Shown here one piece after another: positions 54,789-59,590 of a stretch of 59,590 nt of DNA (its first letter is position 1; each line of letters begins with the position of its first letter). Source of the stretch: a virus. Its lineage: Duplodnaviria; Caudoviricetes. The notes under the pieces are model-generated. The model was not told the DNA's origin and made no database searches. It saw only the letters and a program-made list of their open reading frames with translations. The position numbers and the translations under genes are program-made. The stretch lies in IMG/VR virus record IMGVR_UViG_3300012942_000051, positions 1 through 59,590 of that record; one strand, written 5' to 3'.

Positions 54789-54989
54789 ATTTGGCGCGGC
54801 GACTTGTGGGTGTCGATCAATTCCGCATCGTATTTGCGCCCTTGCCTGGATTCTAACGCGATCGCAGGGTGAGGGCAGGGCGAGGGTGGGGCGACCCAAT
54901 TGAACCGCCGCAAATCGCGTTAAAATTGATGTCTTGCGCAATGCGGATCTAGATGATATCGCGTAGCGTCAACATTGGAGGACCACGCA

Positions 54990-55331
54990 ATGTCTGTTCA
55001 TCTTTTCGCCGTCAAACTCGTTGTTACGACCGACGCGCCGTTCGCCATGATGCTGCAACACGACGGTTCGATCGTGCCCAACACGAGCTGTCCTGCGGGT
55101 ACCGTGCTTGCGTATGACGCCGACGACAACTTGTATGTCTATGTGCTCGGCATCGATTATCTTGTGCCTGGATCGCCCGATCCTGAAACGTCATCCGCTG
55201 AGTGGCCGCGTGTCAAAAATGGTACGATCCGCCTTTACCGCGACAATTGGCGTCATGTTTCGGCGGGGCCCGATACGCCCTATGGTGCGTCTTTCCGCAA
55301 CGCCAAATACCGCGTGCTGCGCGAAGCTTGA
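54990..55331 (+). CDS. Hypothetical protein
   Basis: GGAGGA RBS. Confidence 0.6.
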   Translation: MSVHLFAVKLVVTTDAPFAMMLQHDGSIVPNTSCPAGTVLAYDADDNLYVYVLGIDYLVPGSPDPETSSAEWPRVKNGTIRLYRDNWRHVSAGPDTPYGASFRNAKYRVLREA

Positions 55332-55387
55332 CAAGGTGGGCGGTGGTCGTTACGATCACCGCTCAACTTTGCCTGGAGGGCATTTGT

Positions 55388-55819
55388 TTGGCTCGCTGTG
55401 ACCTGTATAGCGCTGGCTTGTCGGATCGCGAGATTGCGCGGATCGAAGGCGTGCACAGCGAAAGCGTCCGCGAGTGGCGGATTCGTCGCGGGCTTGTGCC
55501 CAACAGCGAGCGCAACAAAGCCAAGGCCAACATGCGCGATCGCTTGGCGCGTTATCGCGCCGGGCTTAACGACGCCGCGATTGCGCAGATCGAGGGTGTG
55601 ACGAAAGGCACGATCTGGAAGTGGCGACGGCGAAACGATCTGCCAGCGAACACTGAGCAACCAATCAAGACATCGGTTCGCGCCTCGCTTTCGCTCGATC
55701 GTGGCTATGCCCGCCATCAACACGATAGCTACTTTTCCGATTGGCTCGAAGATATGGGCGCGACCTGCTCGAGCCCGCCCGCGCTTGCGAATGCTTCATC
55801 CTGGAGGATCTATGCCTAG
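55388..55819 (+). CDS. Tandem-HTH DNA-binding protein
   Basis: Two repeats of Y.AGL.D..IA.IEGV....(V/I)..WR.R..L..N. Confidence 0.7.
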   Translation: MARCDLYSAGLSDREIARIEGVHSESVREWRIRRGLVPNSERNKAKANMRDRLARYRAGLNDAAIAQIEGVTKGTIWKWRRRNDLPANTEQPIKTSVRASLSLDRGYARHQHDSYFSDWLEDMGATCSSPPALANASSWRIYA

Positions 55820-55967
55820 CCCCAAACTTACAGCGAACGAACTGACGTATCTTGCAGACGTCATCAAACGCCGTCACGACCCCGAGTTTTGGAACGATTC
55901 CGCTATCGACCGTCTCGAGCGGAAGCTGCTCGAGCTGGCCAATGAGCAGCGTAGTTTGAGAAAATAA
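55812..55967 (+). CDS. Small hypothetical protein
   Basis: GGAGGA RBS. Confidence 0.55.
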   Translation: MPSPKLTANELTYLADVIKRRHDPEFWNDSAIDRLERKLLELANEQRSLRK

Positions 55968-56255
55968 TCCGGTCGAGTGAATTTTCTTCTTGTCTTGGTG
56001 CTCGAGCTATGGGACAAGGAATCATTGAAAACGGAGACGACCGATGAACACGACTTTGACCAACGTATTCGCTGCCTATTGTCATGCCGTGCGCGCAATC
56101 AATAATTCGCGTCTGCCCATGACGATGCGTCGCCGTTACGAAAACGAACTCGATACGCTTATTTTTGCGCTCAACCTTCGTTTTCAACAAGCCTGATTTT
56201 TTTCTCGCGACGGGTCACACACGACCCGTCGTTTTCCACGTCTGAAGGACGACCA

Positions 56256-56948
56256 ATGACCACGAACTATGAAAAGATCAAGGCCCGGATCGCCGCGCTG
56301 ATTGCGAAGGCGAAGGGCACCGACAACGAGCACGAAGCGGCGGCGTTCATTGCGAAGGCCGAAGAGCTGCTCGAGCAGTATCAGATCGACCTTTCGGAGC
56401 TCGGCGACGAATCCGACAAGGTGCGCCAGCACTCGGGACTCGACGCCGACGGCAAATGGGTCGCGTCGTGGCATCGCCACCTGTACCGCGCGCTTGGCCA
56501 GTACTACGGCTGCAAGTCGATCAAGGTCAACACCATGAAGGGCTATCGCCAGGAACTCGTCGGGCGTGAATCCGCGATCGTGACGACCGATCTCATGTTC
56601 GTCTTCATCAAGGCCGAGTGCAATCGGCTCGGCCGCGAGCTCGCTCGTGACGGCGGCGCGCCGACTGACGCAAATGGCGCGCGCCTTGTGGGCAATGCGC
56701 TCGTCCAACGCATCTTCAAGCTCATCCGTGAGCGCGAGGAACGCGATGCCCTCGCGCCATCGACCGCGGCCGCGAAGAACTCGCTGATCGTCCTCGACCA
56801 GGTCGTCGCGCTGTTCGAGCAGCTCTATCCCGACACGAAAGATGGTCGACGGATTCACATGAGCAGCACGTCGTCTGCTCGCGAGCTTGCCGAAGGCATC
56901 GGCCTGCACCGTCAGGCCGGCCACGTTCAGACGTTGAAACTCCGGTGA
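56256..56948 (+). CDS. DUF2786-domain protein
   Basis: N-terminal KIKARIAALIAKA...NEHEAAAFIAKAEELLEQYQI. Confidence 0.8.
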   Translation: MTTNYEKIKARIAALIAKAKGTDNEHEAAAFIAKAEELLEQYQIDLSELGDESDKVRQHSGLDADGKWVASWHRHLYRALGQYYGCKSIKVNTMKGYRQELVGRESAIVTTDLMFVFIKAECNRLGRELARDGGAPTDANGARLVGNALVQRIFKLIREREERDALAPSTAAAKNSLIVLDQVVALFEQLYPDTKDGRRIHMSSTSSARELAEGIGLHRQAGHVQTLKLR

Positions 56949-57278
56949 GGTATGGCCCGATAGACACCGCGTTTCGCGCGGTGTCGACCATCGCCGTGTT
57001 CTTGCTCGCTTGGCAGTCTTACGGGCCTGCCACTGGGAGCGTAGCGCCGTTCTTCATATCGGCTATATGGCTGACGTATGCTATATGGTCAGATAGAACG
57101 AGGATCGACCAATGATCCGTCTGCGCGAAGTTTGGCATTGGTGGCGTGACGGCAAACGCGTCTCGCAGAAAACAGCTTTGACGCCACCAGGTATTTACAG
57201 CATGCAGATTCTCGACGTGCGGATCGACCATAAAGGACGCCTGCTTTACGACGCAGAGATGCTGTGTGAGGAAACGCA

Positions 57279-57455
57279 ATGACCGAATCTCAACTTGGCG
57301 ATATGGCTCGCCGGCTTGCTCGAGCGTCCGTTGTGTCGGACGTTGACTACGACAAGCTGGTCGAGCATTATAAGGCGCAGGATCGTGACCCTGCGATGAT
57401 CCTTTACGATATCGAAGATGGTATCCGTCTTGCATTTGGGCTTCGAGTTAACTAG
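57279..57455 (+). CDS. Small hypothetical protein (58 aa)
   Basis: GAGGA RBS; not in the ORF track. Confidence 0.5.
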   Translation: MTESQLGDMARRLARASVVSDVDYDKLVEHYKAQDRDPAMILYDIEDGIRLAFGLRVN

Positions 57456-57465
57456 GAGGCAACAC

Positions 57466-57762
57466 ATGCGGTTAGGCCCGTTCTACGTTCTGCGTGAGCG
57501 CTCGACGCGCAAGCTAATGCCACAGGTGAAAGTGGCGACGCGTGCCGAGTTCGGCGATCACGGGCCGCCGCGGCTCTTCACAACGCGGCACGCGGCATCG
57601 CAGGCGCTCAACTGCTGGCGCATGGGACTTTGGCGCCTTACGGGTGACGAAGACGGCTGCTGGCCCGAACCGTCGCTCTGGAAAGGCAACGCCGAGATCG
57701 CCGCGCGCCGTCAAGCAACGGACGTCGATATCGTGCCGATGCATTTGGTATCGGTTCTATGA
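57466..57762 (+). CDS. Hypothetical protein
   Basis: AGGAGG RBS; PPRLF motif. Confidence 0.65.
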   Translation: MRLGPFYVLRERSTRKLMPQVKVATRAEFGDHGPPRLFTTRHAASQALNCWRMGLWRLTGDEDGCWPEPSLWKGNAEIAARRQATDVDIVPMHLVSVL

Positions 57763-57965
57763 AGCGATGGCACTCCTGGCGTAATTCAGAGCTTTGCCTC
57801 AAGCTGCGCATGTTATGGATGATGCGCTGGCTTCCGCGTGTTTGGTATGCCGAAGTCTGGAAGCAAGATGCGAGTGCGCGCATCTGCTGCGACGGGTATA
57901 TGTGCGGCTGTCAAGGTTCAGATTATTGGGCATACTGGGAACACCTGCTGGAGCATCGGCTGTGA
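57759..57965 (+). CDS. Small Cys/Trp-rich protein
   Basis: CCDGYMCGCQG; overlaps neighbours at both ends. Confidence 0.55.
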   Translation: MKRWHSWRNSELCLKLRMLWMMRWLPRVWYAEVWKQDASARICCDGYMCGCQGSDYWAYWEHLLEHRL

Positions 57966-58318
57966 AATATATCATCCTGGAGACGCCCGATGGGCGCCGC
58001 ATGCCGATTATCTTTCCCGAGGCGCTAACGCACTGCTTCGTTGCTGGCGCGATGCAACTGGTTGTCGATACGCTCGATCCAAAGAAGGACTTGCGTCCGC
58101 GGCAACTAGACGGTCTGCTAAAAGCCGGCAACGCGAAACCGATATCCGCGGGCTTTGTCGATCTGCACGAAGTCAGCGTCCACGGTGAAAGCGAAAGTCT
58201 CGGCGGGCTCAAAAGCCGGCATGTGGACGAAGGATATATCTCGTTTGGCGATGCCTGTGCCTACACGGCTGACCATATTGTCGCCGATCTGCTAAATTTC
58301 AAGCGAGGCGAGAGATGA
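57962..58318 (+). CDS. Hypothetical phage protein
   Basis: PIIFP....H, ISAGFV and GESESL motifs. Confidence 0.65.
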   Translation: MKYIILETPDGRRMPIIFPEALTHCFVAGAMQLVVDTLDPKKDLRPRQLDGLLKAGNAKPISAGFVDLHEVSVHGESESLGGLKSRHVDEGYISFGDACAYTADHIVADLLNFKRGER

Positions 58319-58581
58319 TCCAATATCTCATGCTCGTCGAAGCGACAGCACACAAATATCGGAACTGTGCGGGCAGCGCAGTCAAACTTCGGTTCGATCG
58401 TCCGCAAGGTCCGATCTTCAGCTATATTCATTCAGCGACGGAGGACGATCTCGTTGTCTGGAAGGCTAGGGTCGGCCAAGAGATTCCCGTATCCATTCGC
58501 AAAAGGATGCTCGAGCCCGGGCGTTGCTACGAAGAGGCGCGGGTTCGGTTTAATTTGAAAGGGACAGACCGTGACGCCTGA
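58315..58581 (+). CDS. Hypothetical protein
   Basis: ATGA coupling. Confidence 0.55.
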   Translation: MIQYLMLVEATAHKYRNCAGSAVKLRFDRPQGPIFSYIHSATEDDLVVWKARVGQEIPVSIRKRMLEPGRCYEEARVRFNLKGTDRDA

Positions 58582-59131
58582 AGATCGCGCAAAGCTCGAC
58601 GAGATTCAAGCAATCATCAAACAGCGCGGCAAAGGATGTGGCGACTGCTCAGCCTGCTGCACGATCATGGGCGTCGAGATGGAGCCTATCGCAGATGCCT
58701 TCAAGCCCGAGCGACAACGCTGCGGGTATGAGCGCAAATGCGGCGGCTGCTCGATCTACGAGAACAAGCCCGACAGTTGTGAATCCTTTATGTGCTTGTG
58801 GCTTGCAAGCCAATGTTTCGATGGCGGCATGCCCGACAAATGGCGGCCCGATAGGGTCGGAGCTGTCCTCGACTTGAACCCGCTCGGCATTATGACGGCA
58901 CATCTGAAGCACGAAACAGCGTTCGAGCGACAAGGCCCTTTGCGCGACATGCTCCTGTGGCTATCAAACGTCCGCAATCCGCTCTTTAGCAAGAACTTCA
59001 TTATTCTTGATCGCCCGAGCGGCAATAACTTGCTGTTCCGTCACGACGGAATAACTGAAGAGCTTGTTCCATGCGGTATCGGGCCGACAGGGCTCAAACT
59101 GTTCCGAACGAAGTATCCGGGAGAAGTCTAA
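58571..59131 (+). CDS. YkgJ-like CxxCxxCC metal-cluster protein
   Basis: CGDCSACC...CSIYE.KP..C..F.C.W...RPD. Confidence 0.75.
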   Translation: MTPEDRAKLDEIQAIIKQRGKGCGDCSACCTIMGVEMEPIADAFKPERQRCGYERKCGGCSIYENKPDSCESFMCLWLASQCFDGGMPDKWRPDRVGAVLDLNPLGIMTAHLKHETAFERQGPLRDMLLWLSNVRNPLFSKNFIILDRPSGNNLLFRHDGITEELVPCGIGPTGLKLFRTKYPGEV

Positions 59132-59466
59132 TGGATCTTTTGCGTTTGCTTCCGCCGTTTTGGTATCAGGGACGAGAAACCAGCGAAAGCTGGGATCGTG
59201 CGCTCAACAAAGCGCTGGATATCGGTATTACGTCTGTCGGGCCACATGAAGCGATCGTTGGCCCGTTTACCGTGTGGATCGCAAACTATCCGTATGCGTT
59301 CGGCTTCAACAGAGCCGACGCGCTTGAGCTCTTGCCTAAGGTGCGAACGCGAATTAGACTGCGGCGTGCGATCGAGCAATTTCACGACCGTCGCTACGCA
59401 GAACAATTCCCGGTGCGCCATGACCAAAAACGAAGCAATCTTTCGTGTCCTCCGAATGAGCCCTGA
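59131..59466 (+). CDS. Hypothetical protein
   Basis: TAATG coupling; VWIANYPYAFG motif. Confidence 0.6.
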   Translation: MDLLRLLPPFWYQGRETSESWDRALNKALDIGITSVGPHEAIVGPFTVWIANYPYAFGFNRADALELLPKVRTRIRLRRAIEQFHDRRYAEQFPVRHDQKRSNLSCPPNEP

Positions 59467-59590
59467 CCGGCCAGGCGTCGCACGGCTTGCCCAAGAATTG
59501 CTAGCAGACGTGACAGGCGGCATTTACGTGCTGCCTGCACCGCCCGAGCAAACCGAAAGGCGAATGATACGGCCGAACAGACACGGCAAT

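Larger units (their letters stand above)
1..59590. mobile_element. Near-complete or complete lytic myophage genome (Bcep781-like virion module; probable alphaproteobacterial host)
   Basis: Terminase, portal, capsid, sheath, tube, baseplate, lysis and replication genes are all present, with no host housekeeping genes and no integrase. The alpha-type permuted tmRNA points to the host group. Confidence 0.9.

Noticed and set aside
1-59590. Apparent abundance of TCGA/GATC/CGCG palindromes as a sign of restriction immunity
   Set aside because: Only a visual impression; it needs Markov-normalised k-mer counts, which I could not compute.

Overview
The window looks like an essentially complete (~59.6 kb) genome of a virulent contractile-tailed dsDNA phage. 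No integrase is visible. The virion module resembles Bcep781-like myophages, and the host is probably an alphaproteobacterium. Layout: small early genes and a non-coding RNA locus (1-2.8 kb, +); packaging, head, tail, lysis and fibre genes (2.9-32.2 kb, +); a leftward replication and nucleotide-metabolism arm (34-51 kb, -); then HTH, primase-helicase, an AT-rich putative origin, RusA and small genes (51.3-59.6 kb, +). Two elements stand out. (1) An intact, circularly permuted two-piece alphaproteobacterial-type tmRNA gene at ~1080-1460 (tag ANDNSRVSARIAA). It has a long structured intervening segment, flanking structured RNA candidates, and an upstream ORF that begins with a tag-like peptide. 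(2) A 7-deazaguanine DNA-modification cluster: queE, queD, a phosphoribosyltransferase-FolE fusion and a dpdA-like transglycosylase. It has no QueC/QueF, but it carries a SAM methyltransferase overlapping dpdA, several nucleotide-pool enzymes, and a 56-aa stand-alone copy of the PolA O-helix motif. All calls come from reading motifs and synteny by eye; no database searches were run.
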